DNA of 48,519 nt from a virus: positions 1 to 48,519 of IMG/VR virus record IMGVR_UViG_3300010397_000018; one strand, given 5' to 3'. The notes below the pieces were generated by a model. The model did no database searches, was not told the DNA's origin, and saw only the letters and a list, made by a program, of their open reading frames with translations. Shown here piece by piece: positions 16,701 through 25,859 of the stretch (positions are counted from its first letter, which is position 1; the number at the start of each line of letters is the position of its first letter). Both the position numbers and the translations under genes were made by a program.

Positions 16701-17586
16701 CCACCATCTGGAAGCTGGGGTCTGACACTTCGCCAAGTGGCGACTCGTGCGTGACGCGTTGTTCTCCCTGCGGAGTGTCGAATACGTGCTCGTAGCGACC
16801 CTCTGGCGTCTCGGTAACGCTGCGCAGTTTCCAGTCGGCCGGCAGAGTGGGCGTCGTGGATGCTGGCGCGTTGGTGGCTGTAGGCGCCATGGATGGCTCT
16901 GCGCGACGCAGCAAACTGCGCCCTCCCTGCATCACTAACGGCAGCGCCGCCTGTGCGCCAGCGTTTGCCAGTCCCTCCCTGCTGAATGGTTCATTCCCTC
17001 GAAGCGCTTGATCGCCAAGATTGATCGCGGCGCCAGATAGCCCCTCGGCGGCGGCGCGGAATAGCGGAGACCACCTACGCGGCAGCACGGCTCCGATGGC
17101 GCCCATGGCTCCAAATTCTCCGCCTTGAATTGCGGCTTCTTCAGGGCTGTTGCGCAAACCGGATGCGGCGCCAGCGGCAACATCCCCAATGACGGGGGCG
17201 AGACGAGCGCCAGCCCCGAGAGCGCCAGCAGCGGAAGCTCCAGCGCCTGCGGTGGCGGCTAATACTGGAAGCTCAGGAGTGATCTTATTCAGCACCACAT
17301 CGGCAGCCGAACCCCAAAACCCTGGAGGCGCTTTCGGCATCGTGGTATCGGCGGCATCCTCTTGCTGCTGCCGTTCACGATCGAAATACTGCAACTCGGG
17401 AGCGCCGCCAGATGTGGCATCCGCCAGGGCTCCAAATGTTCCCGTGAACGAGCGGGCCACATTGGGCGTGAAATGCGTAGCCGAATTGCGCAGGAACTCT
17501 CCCCAGCCTTGCGGTGCTGGCGGTGTCGCCACCGGCTGTGGCGCGATGACCGAATGATAATAATCCCAGTCGCTGGAATCGAGCAT
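13723..17586 (-). CDS. Very large virion protein, candidate DNA-ejection/internal core protein (T7 gp16-like by size and position)
   Basis: 1287 aa; last gene of the late operon. Gly/Ala-rich hydrophobic segments (LAATAGAGASAAGALGAGARLAPVIGDVAAGAASGL; GGALGAGVGYALPG; MGVLGAGAAGG). No enzymatic motif recognised. Confidence 0.45.
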   Translation of the reverse strand: MLDSSDWDYYHSVIAPQPVATPPAPQGWGEFLRNSATHFTPNVARSFTGTFGALADATSGGAPELQYFDRERQQQEDAADTTMPKAPPGFWGSAADVVLNKITPELPVLAATAGAGASAAGALGAGARLAPVIGDVAAGAASGLRNSPEEAAIQGGEFGAMGAIGAVLPRRWSPLFRAAAEGLSGAAINLGDQALRGNEPFSREGLANAGAQAALPLVMQGGRSLLRRAEPSMAPTATNAPASTTPTLPADWKLRSVTETPEGRYEHVFDTPQGEQRVTHESPLGEVSDPSFQMVGNPYGIERPSPRRKLLQQFNAETGPESTIEGQFTVEPVPPRRLMAPENTNRGTAVPGTPQLEGRPFIPGEAGFTMGEGREPFTPTPDVIINQGRKLLRNSQPAIEGGEPTISVEPNGAESASATTEAPQAPAKRLRPLRKGKSGEVSQPLLQSLAGGALGAGVGYALPGTDEEKRNRAIMMGVLGAGAAGGRRLFRDLSGAEGERLARQQLTGIGEGKTTKGFLRRVGEQYLNVGKSEALKTAQEQARGTVSNIESKVAGDLRTALPALQELTPPQRDALKIFMGSDRGAGAQALLATAGLPKEVSDFVTNITSNKAELQRIVGEAQSDPEKKKLIQDTLGNYVTEPYRAYVNPKEWQKRGVDPALVDQVVAENQKLPQYAGMTPEKIRADVEDWIKNDVTNFGGDFDRFANEGTSRMSKSLFTERKALRPSVRKILGHIEDPIEREVLTVAKLAKSANTAKLVGELTQPHAVDESGRRLTMTKADWQTAIDAAKAGGKADEAAFLQSNYEPVPNTLPGLGKLSQEPGGMMAQRQVMDALQIGPGHQTLSWETGLFPMLNRIAKASHTLYNPSTHIHNVVQAPLQAIAAGINPLTFVGQVRRFFADPKRLEWAKQDGVLDAHLGAGEFRRAADNFEKLMTPETWSNLPGRAISGVHEAVKGLYGKPDQWARGAAYNKFIDEGLNKGMGEAAARRYAVEMTNRYTQNYSNVASGVGLLRNVPLVNPFISYSAEMLRVIKNLASDVVTNANGRRWASAAALTTYLGLGSGIAALVNSARSTEDKEKLQSLIPLLPPYMRSRTQFMVGNPKGGNTNLFNANPWLPAEDFIQTAKNIANGDWDALADTNPVAGLERNPLLNVYTETSTGKDTATGQPTSFLQSMRQNMLPGWVPGNYTADKLVKGFTRNAEGELGVTDASGRRETPLSAVGSLFGVSVAQMNPRKLLQRQQMEQKDQLDAAQSNLRRILRSDVNDAAKEEARQEFVETRRRLLQRK

Positions 17587-17589
17587 AGC

Positions 17590-18765
17590 TTAGAAGGCCC
17601 AACCCCCGGAATCAGGGACGGTTTCCGTTCCTCCAAAAATGGAATGATTCGCGAGATCCTGAACGCCTTGCGCACGTTGATTGCGAAGCGCTTGCTGGGT
17701 AATACCACCAATTCCGCCAGCCATGGCGTTGGTCTGCGCTGACCTGTTGATCATGCGCGCCGCCGCCACGAGCTGCTCCTCCGTGAATTGCTTGCCGTTG
17801 GCAAAGCTGGTGGCCAGCTCCATGACGGATGGCAGTTGATCCGGCGAAACCACTTCGCCATTCCGGCGCAGGGCGTCCTGCGACTTGATCGCCGCCTGTT
17901 GGAATTTCGCGTCGCGCACTGGGTCTCTCGCCGGAGGCGCAAAGCCGAACTTCTGTGCCATTCCATGAAACGAGAATGGATCAGGTTGCTGCGGCATTGG
18001 CGCAGGCGGCGCGTAAAACTCATCCCCGCGGTTAAGCGCCATCCTGCGACGGGCCTCCAGGATGTCGCGCGCATCAATCGGAATATCCATGCCCGGCTTC
18101 TGCACAGGCGACTCGGTTCCAGTGATCGGATCGCGCTCCATGACCCATGCGCCCGGGAGATGGGAAACGCCGGTCTGGTCATTGTATCCCGACACTAAAA
18201 GCCCCGCGTGAGAGCCGTACTGCGATCCGAAGTTGTTCAGCCAATCGGCATTGGTCTTTTGGATCTGCGGGAGCTGGTTGAGCCTGCGGACATCGGCGAT
18301 CGTGTGAGCGCCGCCAAGATGGTCGGCATGGATGTCCTCCGCGAGCGTGTTGCCGTACGCGCGCTGATACACCGCATCCTGATCCGGCTGCGCCATGCGC
18401 ATAAACTGCGGGTCGGTCAAAAGCGTGCGCCCTGCGGTGCCTGCCGAGTAGTCCCCGGACCGACGGGCGATCATGCTCTGCGCAGCCTGCTGCCGGGCCT
18501 GCGCGAATTGGTGTTGCGCTGCCGCCTCGGCATCCGGTCCCTCGAATCCCTGCGGAGCTTGGAACGGTTCGCCGTTGATGAAGTAATGTCCGTTGACGTT
18601 CGCGTAGCTCGGCGGCTTGGGCGCGTAGCGCTGCGCGAGCGACTGCGCGGCCATCATGCGCGGATCAGCGTCCGGCTCGGCGTATCGGTCACGCAATACG
18701 GCGGCGTTGTAGTCAGCCGCGTGATTGTTCCATGCGTTCTGAAATTCGAAATCGTCGCCGTACAT
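17590..18765 (-). CDS. Candidate internal virion/ejection protein (391 aa)
   Basis: Position between the 258-aa and 1287-aa genes; Q/A-rich with a G-rich C-terminus. Confidence 0.35.
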   Translation of the reverse strand: MYGDDFEFQNAWNNHAADYNAAVLRDRYAEPDADPRMMAAQSLAQRYAPKPPSYANVNGHYFINGEPFQAPQGFEGPDAEAAAQHQFAQARQQAAQSMIARRSGDYSAGTAGRTLLTDPQFMRMAQPDQDAVYQRAYGNTLAEDIHADHLGGAHTIADVRRLNQLPQIQKTNADWLNNFGSQYGSHAGLLVSGYNDQTGVSHLPGAWVMERDPITGTESPVQKPGMDIPIDARDILEARRRMALNRGDEFYAPPAPMPQQPDPFSFHGMAQKFGFAPPARDPVRDAKFQQAAIKSQDALRRNGEVVSPDQLPSVMELATSFANGKQFTEEQLVAAARMINRSAQTNAMAGGIGGITQQALRNQRAQGVQDLANHSIFGGTETVPDSGGWAF

Positions 18766-18768
18766 AGG

Positions 18769-19545
18769 TTAGTAAGCTCCGGTAATGGTGTTGCTGTACC
18801 CGCCAGTTGATCCCGTTCCGAAGACTGGCGTGTTTTCGAAGCCGCCACCGCGTGCCGCCGCCCCGGTCTGCTGCCAGAAGTTGGCCGCGCGCCCCTGCCC
18901 GAGGGCCGCATTCTGCGCGCCCATGATGGCCGCGACGTTCGCCCACGACGGGAGCGAGCTTCCGCCACCCCCATAGCCCCCGCCGTATCGCTGGCTCGTG
19001 CGCAAGCCCAGCATGTCGCTGTATTGCCGTTCGGAAAAGTCCTGTTGGCGCAGCCGGAGCGCCTGCTGGGCGTTGAACTGAGCCGCCTGTTGGGCGAGAT
19101 TCTTGTCGAACTGGCCGCCCTGTTGCAGCCGGTTCTGTGACGCTTGATCGTAGTCGGCGAGCATTCCGGCGCCCCGCAGGCCGTAACCGGCGATGGAATC
19201 CGCGAGCCCGGCTTGAGCCTGAAGCCGGGACTGCGCCGCGCGAAGCTTGTAGTCCGCAAGGCTGGCCATCTGCTGCTCGTTCTCCTGAAGGTAGGGGAGC
19301 ATGGACTGCGCGCCTGCGAAGCTCGCCGCGACTTTGCCGCCACCGCGAAAGGCCCGGTTCTCCGCCGCGCGCACGTCGTTGGACGCCATGGATCGCCCCT
19401 GCGCGAGGTTCATCGCGGCCATGTTTCGGACGCTGTTCTCGTAGCCGCTGGTGTCGAATGCGGCAGGCGCTTGCCGATAGAGGCTCTGGAGCTGGCCGGT
19501 CTGCGGCTGGCTCGTGAGGTACGATGGAAACGCGGTCGGCGTCAT
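18769..19545 (-). CDS. Candidate internal virion/ejection protein, Q/G-rich (258 aa)
   Basis: Low-complexity Q/A/G composition (QRYGGGYGGGGSSLP); position after the tail fibre gene. Confidence 0.35.
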   Translation of the reverse strand: MTPTAFPSYLTSQPQTGQLQSLYRQAPAAFDTSGYENSVRNMAAMNLAQGRSMASNDVRAAENRAFRGGGKVAASFAGAQSMLPYLQENEQQMASLADYKLRAAQSRLQAQAGLADSIAGYGLRGAGMLADYDQASQNRLQQGGQFDKNLAQQAAQFNAQQALRLRQQDFSERQYSDMLGLRTSQRYGGGYGGGGSSLPSWANVAAIMGAQNAALGQGRAANFWQQTGAAARGGGFENTPVFGTGSTGGYSNTITGAY

Positions 19546-19580
19546 GGTTCGGAGAGTTTAACGGGTTAAGTTCGGATTGT

Positions 19581-20552
19581 CTAGAAGTTGATCATCAGCC
19601 ACGCCACGGTGCTAATATCGTCAGTTTCCGTTCCGCCCGCTGGGCGCATCGCGGTAATTGTAAATGATGAGCCATTCGCCCTGAATACACTGTAGCTGGG
19701 TCCGTAGTGATGGCTCCCTGGCTCGGAATATCTATTGACCCAGATAAGGGTATTATTTGTGACGGACGTATTCGCCACGGTGACGGTGCCCAAAACCAAG
19801 GTCGCTAATCCAAATTGGATACTTGCTATCGTATCTCCATTCGATCCAACCGTTGTCGCGCCCCCGCTGATATTTACCGAACCGCTGGCGGTTATCGCCG
19901 CCGCCGCCAGCGTGCCGCCAAAGCTCGCCCCGGCCGTTCCGTTCCTGCGCACCAATTGATTAGCGGTAGCCGCCGAGGTCGCCGCCGCCAGGTCTGCCGT
20001 ATTGGCGTCGAGGTTGGTCTTGTCCGCCGCCGACTCGAAGCCCGCGACACTGGTGGTGGCGTTCGGGTGCAGGTTTCCGCCCGCTCGGCTGCCGTGCTGC
20101 GTATCCGAGATCGTTCCGCTGACGCTGACGAAATCGGGATAGATCAACACGCCGTTGTAATTGCGCGGCACCCACAACTTGCTGGTAGTTGTGTTGTAGT
20201 ACCAGCCCCAATCGCCATCGAGCGGGAAATTGGCTACGCCTGGGTCCGCGGTTCCGGTCTGGAATTTCAGGAGGTGCGCTAGGTCGTCTGCGAGCCCGGG
20301 CGGGATCGTGGCCTCGACGTAATTGTTTTTGGCGTCGTAGACCGCGAGCGCCACATTGCCGCCTGGAGTGAGGCGCGTCGTGGTGTCCCCGTCCTTCGTG
20401 CCCGTTGGGCGCTGATTCGTGATGCCCTGCTGCTGCGTCGAGCGCTGGCTTTGGGCGTCGATATCGTACAGGATCTTGCGGACGGCCACGTAGAGATCCT
20501 GCCCGCTCTGCGTCGTCGTGCTCTTCTTGGTATTGAGTCCGCGGGGGTTCAT
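19581..20552 (-). CDS. Tail fibre protein
   Basis: HGSRAGGNLHPNATTSVAGFESAADKTNLD matches the conserved tail-fibre motif (H..R..GG..H..At...aGf.s..dk.kld); T/S/A/G-rich beta-type C-terminus; ATGA overlap at start 20552. Confidence 0.7.
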   Translation of the reverse strand: MNPRGLNTKKSTTTQSGQDLYVAVRKILYDIDAQSQRSTQQQGITNQRPTGTKDGDTTTRLTPGGNVALAVYDAKNNYVEATIPPGLADDLAHLLKFQTGTADPGVANFPLDGDWGWYYNTTTSKLWVPRNYNGVLIYPDFVSVSGTISDTQHGSRAGGNLHPNATTSVAGFESAADKTNLDANTADLAAATSAATANQLVRRNGTAGASFGGTLAAAAITASGSVNISGGATTVGSNGDTIASIQFGLATLVLGTVTVANTSVTNNTLIWVNRYSEPGSHHYGPSYSVFRANGSSFTITAMRPAGGTETDDISTVAWLMINF

Positions 20553-22990
20553 GCCTTCGATGCCTTGATGGTGAAGTCCATGAACTGGACGGACTGATAC
20601 CCGCACTCGTAGGCCTCGTAGCCAAAGCTGCGACTGAGATCGCTCGGGGGGGTTTTGTCGAAGTAGACGGGTGCGGTGATGTCGGCGTTAATCGTGTCCT
20701 GCTCCAGCGTGCCGCGAACGGACTCGGCCTGCGTGCCTTGGTACGCGTAGTAGTAGGCCACGTAGAGCTTTTGCACGTCGCCATCCACATTGACGATCGT
20801 CGTCCAGAACTCGGTATTCTGCTTATCGGTTCCCGGGCTCTTGGCGGTGAAATAGCGGCGGATGAGACACGGCGTTGCGCCCACGTAAGCATCGTAGGGC
20901 GTGACGTTGGAATCCGGTGTCACGGATGCCCCGGTTTGCAGATCAATCGCGCCGGCCAAAGTCGCCGTGGAGGAAACGGTGTCACTCGTCACGAGCTGGA
21001 TGGAGAGATCCGTGATGCGCGTGAGGTAGGCTCGGGTGCTGGAATACCAGACGCCCCAGCAAAAGTGCGATGGCTCGAAGATGTATAGCCCCCCGAGCGG
21101 ATCTCCGCTGTCGTCGAAATACGGGAGATCCACCTCAAAGGTCACGGTGTCGGAGACGCTGGAGACGCGGTAGATTCCTGGCGCTCCTGAGGTGCCAACG
21201 GCGATCAAGTCGCCCACGGCGAAATCGTTGTCGGTCTCCGTGATAACGAGCGCCGTCGCGCCCTGCCGGATGGAAAACGTGATGGTGGCCAGTAGCGGCT
21301 GCTGAACGACCACAGTGCCCCCGTTGTAGCTCATCGTGGTCCCGGTGCGGACTGGGTTCATCCAACTGCGGTAAACATCGGGCGAAAAAGCGCGCCCAAG
21401 CAGCCCATCATCGCTGCCAACAAAGGTCATGTTTTGGCGCGTGGCGGCGTCGTAGATCATACCGCTCGCAGTGATGCCCGGCCAAAAGACGAGGCCCCAC
21501 GTGCTGGTTGGCGCGTGCTGGAAAAGCAGGGTGTCGCACAGGTGATCCAAGTCCGTCGTTTTGACGATCCAGCAGTTCAGTTCGGACCGGTAGTCGAATG
21601 CCCCGTGGAAGAAGTCCGCATTTGTTCCCTCGGGCTCAATCTTACGCAGGCTGCGGATGACGTTGTTGCCAATCGGGATCTGGCTTTGGGCGTCCGCTGC
21701 CACGATCTGATTGGCCTTGGCGTTGATGGCCGAGCCTACGGTAGCGCCGTTGGCCTGCCGCATGGCGAACTGGCTGAAGTTGCTGCTCACGCTCTGCGCC
21801 TCGTCCAGCGTGCGCAGGGTTTGGAGAAATGTGGTTTGATCCGCCGCGTTCAGGTCGAGCGCGTAGCTCTTGGTGGGGGCCTCGGTGTCCAGCTTTAGGA
21901 TGCGCTCGTTGGGAATGAGTGAAAGCGCGGTGCCCGTGCCGCCGCCGATCTTCTCCGCCCAAAGTTGCGGCACGTCAATCGGTTGACCGTTGCTGATGAC
22001 CTGTGGCGTCCAGCCCCAACTGAATGGGTTGTTGGGCTTGCTGCGGTAGAGCGTTGTCCCGGGCGCGCTGAGAAATGCGGTGGTCGTTCCGGTGGCCGGA
22101 ATCGCAACTGGGGTCGTGATAGCTGGAGCATTGTAGGCGTGCCCGGTGGTCGTGGAAGCCGTCTTGAAATAGAAGGTGCCGCGATTGTCGTAGCCGCCGG
22201 TCGTGATGCCGATGAACGTGATATTCGTCGGCCCAGGAACTTCCGAGAGGTTGAATCCCGTCGGGGTCGTATCGCGGCCTGAGAACCACGTTGGAACGTC
22301 ACTGAAAGCTGAGATGGTGAAAGTGTCCGTGCTATTAAGGTCCACCACCACGGCAATCGTGTCGTTGCCAAATCCCCACCAGTAAGTCCCATCGTAAACC
22401 GTGTAGCGAAAGAGCGGGCATTCGAAGTTGTCCAACTCGACTTTCTCGCCGGTATCCGTGGCGCTGTTGTCCTGAAATACGACGGAGCCGCCGTCTGTGT
22501 TGTTGGCGACTGATCCGACGTAGAACAGGATGCCAGCCTCGTCTTCGGCGGTGGCGAGATCCGATGTCGTTTGGCCGACGGTGCGATAGACCCAGATCCA
22601 ATCGATGTCGCTGCGTGTGGTGCAGGCGCAGGTGACGTTCACCTTTTTCGCCCCGCCCGTGACTTGGAAAACGCTAGAAGCTGGCGAAGGATTGCTCCGC
22701 GGCCACTGCTCGCCGCCGCCCGTCACGGCGTTCTCGACAAATGGATACGCCGAAGAGGCGTAGACATAGCGGTAAACGTAGTATCCCTCGGGAACATTTC
22801 CAGCGCCGCCGCTGGCGCAAGTCGGCGCCACGGTGGGCGCATTGATGCCCGCTGGGACGACGGCCATTAGGGGTGTAATGATCGCCCCAGTTTCCTCGCC
22901 ATTAACGCGCAGGGTCAGCTTTACGTCCGCGCTGCTGGCGTAGCAGTTCGGGACGCGGGTTTGACCATTTTCAGAAACGGTGAATGGCAT
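20549..22990 (-). CDS. Large tail protein, candidate nozzle (T7 gp12-like by size and synteny)
   Basis: 813 aa, downstream of the adaptor-like genes and upstream of the fibre gene; no motif-level evidence. Confidence 0.4.
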   Translation of the reverse strand: MPFTVSENGQTRVPNCYASSADVKLTLRVNGEETGAIITPLMAVVPAGINAPTVAPTCASGGAGNVPEGYYVYRYVYASSAYPFVENAVTGGGEQWPRSNPSPASSVFQVTGGAKKVNVTCACTTRSDIDWIWVYRTVGQTTSDLATAEDEAGILFYVGSVANNTDGGSVVFQDNSATDTGEKVELDNFECPLFRYTVYDGTYWWGFGNDTIAVVVDLNSTDTFTISAFSDVPTWFSGRDTTPTGFNLSEVPGPTNITFIGITTGGYDNRGTFYFKTASTTTGHAYNAPAITTPVAIPATGTTTAFLSAPGTTLYRSKPNNPFSWGWTPQVISNGQPIDVPQLWAEKIGGGTGTALSLIPNERILKLDTEAPTKSYALDLNAADQTTFLQTLRTLDEAQSVSSNFSQFAMRQANGATVGSAINAKANQIVAADAQSQIPIGNNVIRSLRKIEPEGTNADFFHGAFDYRSELNCWIVKTTDLDHLCDTLLFQHAPTSTWGLVFWPGITASGMIYDAATRQNMTFVGSDDGLLGRAFSPDVYRSWMNPVRTGTTMSYNGGTVVVQQPLLATITFSIRQGATALVITETDNDFAVGDLIAVGTSGAPGIYRVSSVSDTVTFEVDLPYFDDSGDPLGGLYIFEPSHFCWGVWYSSTRAYLTRITDLSIQLVTSDTVSSTATLAGAIDLQTGASVTPDSNVTPYDAYVGATPCLIRRYFTAKSPGTDKQNTEFWTTIVNVDGDVQKLYVAYYYAYQGTQAESVRGTLEQDTINADITAPVYFDKTPPSDLSRSFGYEAYECGYQSVQFMDFTIKASKA

Positions 22991-23931
22991 TACGTGACCT
23001 TGGAGAGGACAACGAGCGTGTAGGGTTGCGTGAGCGCAGCGCCGTTCAGCGCAGTGGTGATGCCGGCCGCTTTGCCGCCCGTGACGCTCACGGTGGCAAC
23101 AGCGGTGCCAGTGGCCGTGACCGCCGTGAAAAAGGCGTTGTCGATTTGCAGCACAGCGTTGACGCCTGTGATGATGAAGGAGGCATCAAACTCGGACCGC
23201 ATCTCCATCGGGCCAAAGGTCTGATTTTGCGTGATGAGATCGCTCTTGATGTAGTCCGGGGAGCCGATGGCCAGCGTGACGCTATTGGTGGTATCCACCA
23301 CGGCGGCCTGGAAGCCAGCCGAGCCCGTGGTTGATCCTGTTCCCGCCGCAACACTCACGGACATCGCCGCGGTGGTGTAGCCGCGGATGCGGTACGTGCC
23401 CGGGGCCACGGTGAACTGATTTCCGCTGAACGCCACCACGATGCTGCTCTCGTTGAGCGTATTCGCGGTGAGTGGGCGTTGATACCACGTGTTGGCGGAT
23501 GACCCGCCGATGGTGGAAAGGTCGGCGCCGTTGGCGGCGCTTTGAACTAGGATGGCGGTAGGCATACTTTCTTCGTCCGGGTTTGGGTCGTAAATCAGCG
23601 AGGAGATGACGGGTCGGTGGAAAAGCTCATCGAGGGTGAAAATGGTCTCCGCGCCGTCGGCGGTCTGCACCATGACGTTGTTGGTGCCGTCCGTGAGCTG
23701 GTAGATGCGCCAGATCCCCGGGCCGAAAGCGAAGTGCTGCGCCTCTGTGGGGCGCAGGGTCGCCAGCCATTCCGTGCCCTCGACGCGCTGAAGTGCGCCG
23801 GCCTTGGATTGGTAGAGTCCATGGCACAGATCGAAGTTGGGCGATTCCAGCGCGTTTTGCGCTGGGCGCTCGTCCAGTCCGCCCAGCGTATCGAATTTGA
23901 TTTCTGAGTCTCTGGCGTCACGTGTCGGCAT
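22990..23931 (-). CDS. Tail/virion protein with a T/A/S-rich C-terminal half (313 aa)
   Basis: Position in the tail module; TAATG overlap with the next gene; C-terminal TAAMSVSVAAGTGSTTGSAGFQAAVVDTTNSVT-type beta-rich sequence. Confidence 0.4.
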   Translation of the reverse strand: MPTRDARDSEIKFDTLGGLDERPAQNALESPNFDLCHGLYQSKAGALQRVEGTEWLATLRPTEAQHFAFGPGIWRIYQLTDGTNNVMVQTADGAETIFTLDELFHRPVISSLIYDPNPDEESMPTAILVQSAANGADLSTIGGSSANTWYQRPLTANTLNESSIVVAFSGNQFTVAPGTYRIRGYTTAAMSVSVAAGTGSTTGSAGFQAAVVDTTNSVTLAIGSPDYIKSDLITQNQTFGPMEMRSEFDASFIITGVNAVLQIDNAFFTAVTATGTAVATVSVTGGKAAGITTALNGAALTQPYTLVVLSKVT

Positions 23932-23934
23932 TGG

Positions 23935-24546
23935 TTACGAAAAGTTCGCACTCCGCGCGGCCTTGAGGGCGTCGCGATACATCCCGTTGTAATCTGTGTT
24001 GGCGAAGTCCTGATCCCGGCTCCAATCCTTGTCCAAGGCGAGCACGCCGTAGGCGATGGCGTCGCAGATCAGCGGGTCGCCAGCCACATCGCTCCCGGCC
24101 AGCGTGGGCGGCTGCTTGTAGTAGGCGAAAGAGATCGTCTGCCCGATGGCCGTAAACTGCGGCAGCAGGCGGATGCTTCGGAGTCCGAGCGTTGAGCCAG
24201 CAACGATCGTGAATGCCTGCGGTAGATACGAGGACGTGAACGACTCCCACAGTTCGGAGTCGGGAGGGTAAACCTGCTCCAGTGGCTGTGATGGCGTGAG
24301 CGCCCCGGTAATGTTGATGCTGACGCCTTCGCTAGCGATCCGCTCGTAGTCCGCGGGCAGCGCGTAGTTCTGCGTCCCGCCTGTGACGGCGATGGTGTAG
24401 GGGACGCGCAGGAACGGCCAGTAATCGGTGCCAATTACCTTTCGGTAGACGACGTTAATGGCCTGCCCGAGCCGGGCATCCTGAGACGTGCCGTTGATGC
24501 GGGCCTGCGTCTTTACGAAGTCCAGAATTTCCGTGAACGTGGTCAT
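23935..24546 (-). CDS. Candidate head-tail adaptor (T7 gp11-like by size and position)
   Basis: 203 aa, immediately upstream of the tail genes; no motif-level evidence. Confidence 0.35.
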   Translation of the reverse strand: MTTFTEILDFVKTQARINGTSQDARLGQAINVVYRKVIGTDYWPFLRVPYTIAVTGGTQNYALPADYERIASEGVSINITGALTPSQPLEQVYPPDSELWESFTSSYLPQAFTIVAGSTLGLRSIRLLPQFTAIGQTISFAYYKQPPTLAGSDVAGDPLICDAIAYGVLALDKDWSRDQDFANTDYNGMYRDALKAARSANFS

Positions 24547-24549
24547 GTT

Positions 24550-24807
24550 TCATGGGCGCGAGAAGTGCGCTTCCAGCCGCTCCATAATGGATGCGCATCG
24601 GGAGAGCGCGGCGGTGTTCGCGTTCAGCGTGGAAATCCCTGTGGTTGCCGCCCACCAAACACCAGCGACATTCACCGCCATGCTGAAGAGCATGAACATC
24701 ACGAGCAGCGAGCGGTCGGGGACCTTGCCGAGATTCTTGGCGACGGAGATTCCGCTATCGGCGGCTCGCTCTACGGAATGGAGTGGGATGGCTTGTTCGC
24801 GGGGCAT
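24550..24807 (-). CDS. Small single-pass membrane protein (85 aa)
   Basis: Central TM SLLVMFMLFSMAVNVAGVWWAA; located inside the structural operon. Confidence 0.45.
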   Translation of the reverse strand: MPREQAIPLHSVERAADSGISVAKNLGKVPDRSLLVMFMLFSMAVNVAGVWWAATTGISTLNANTAALSRCASIMERLEAHFSRP

Positions 24808-24810
24808 GGG

Positions 24811-25236
24811 TTATGGGTTTTGAGAGGTAAATGGGCCAACCGATTGAATTTCGCTGCCGTTTCCATCCCGCTCGACAAAGCGGAATGTGCCATTCGCCTC
24901 CGTATCCACCGTTACCGCCCCGGCGTGATTATCGAATGGCGAGTTGATGCCCATCGAAGTCCATTGGCCGATATCGCCGATGCTGGCGACTATCCAGTAG
25001 GTCGAGCCCTCCCGCTGAACGAAGGCGGGAACAGAGATCCGATAATCAGCCACATTGCCGCCGTTGCCGTCTGGATGAGGATACGATCCGTCATCGTGAA
25101 TCTCGAGTGTTGGCAGTGCAAAAAACGCCGCCTGATCGGGCGGTAAGTCCAACGCCGTGAGCGCGTCTTGCGTAAACGGCACTTGCTGGGCTTCCCCGGT
25201 GAGAGCGTCCGTGATGGTGATGTAGGCGAGTTTCAT
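24811..25236 (-). CDS. Hypothetical virion-module protein (141 aa)
   Basis: Start trimmed to MKLAYITITD (ATG 25236). Confidence 0.5.
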   Translation of the reverse strand: MKLAYITITDALTGEAQQVPFTQDALTALDLPPDQAAFFALPTLEIHDDGSYPHPDGNGGNVADYRISVPAFVQREGSTYWIVASIGDIGQWTSMGINSPFDNHAGAVTVDTEANGTFRFVERDGNGSEIQSVGPFTSQNP

Positions 25237-25246
25237 ATTGAAGGTC

Positions 25247-25465
25247 TTAGCCCAGGTCCGTAAGGACGCCGTTTTGTGCTCCTGCGGAGGTGACCGGAGA
25301 CACCACGCCCATTGTGGTAATGCCCGCAATCACCTGCACTGTGCCTGCGTTGAGTGTGACAGGGCCAGTGACCGCGCTATCTAGCGTGATCAGCTGCCGC
25401 CCGATGGCTGTAGCGTCCGTAATCTGCGCCGCCGTAACCGCCGTGTATGAAGTGCGGGCACTCAT
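25247..25465 (-). CDS. Small T/A/V-rich virion-module protein (72 aa)
   Basis: MSARTSYTAVTAAQITDATAIG...; ATG 25465 lies 3 nt after the upstream stop. Confidence 0.45.
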   Translation of the reverse strand: MSARTSYTAVTAAQITDATAIGRQLITLDSAVTGPVTLNAGTVQVIAGITTMGVVSPVTSAGAQNGVLTDLG

Positions 25466-25467
25466 GA

Positions 25468-25854
25468 TTAGTTGTCGTAGCTGATCAGCGCAGAGCCACC
25501 GGAGACAGTGTATGCTACCTGGGTAAGCGACGTTGCTCCGCCATAGCCTCCACCGCCCACGGATGCGCCCACGGGCAGCGATTGGCCGCCAACGGTTACA
25601 GTTCCAGAAATGGCCGTGATGGACCATCCGTAGACGCCGCTGGGCACGTTCCCGTTCGAGGTAGCCGTGACGATGTTGCTGGTGTAGTTGCTCGCGCCAC
25701 TGCCGCCCGCAATATCGATGACCTTTAGGCCCACTTCGCCGCTTCCGGTCTTGCCGTAAATCAGATCCGAAAGGACCTGAACGACAATACTCTGAATCGT
25801 GGCGCTCGTCGCATTGTTGGATGCGTCGAGTATCCTGTTTGGTCCTGTGGGCAT
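25468..25854 (-). CDS. S/T/G-rich virion-module protein (128 aa)
   Basis: GGSGASNYTSNIVTATSNGNVPSGVYGW...VGGGGYGGATSLTQ composition. Confidence 0.5.
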   Translation of the reverse strand: MPTGPNRILDASNNATSATIQSIVVQVLSDLIYGKTGSGEVGLKVIDIAGGSGASNYTSNIVTATSNGNVPSGVYGWSITAISGTVTVGGQSLPVGASVGGGGYGGATSLTQVAYTVSGGSALISYDN

Positions 25855-25859
25855 GGCCG

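Noticed and set aside
18654-20892. Long alternative minus-strand frames (18654..19343, 19960..20892, 21895..22392, 45663..46751)
   Set aside because: Their R/P/S/G-rich composition is typical of out-of-frame reading of GC-rich genes. Each overlaps a frame with better protein-like sequence and operon-consistent junctions.
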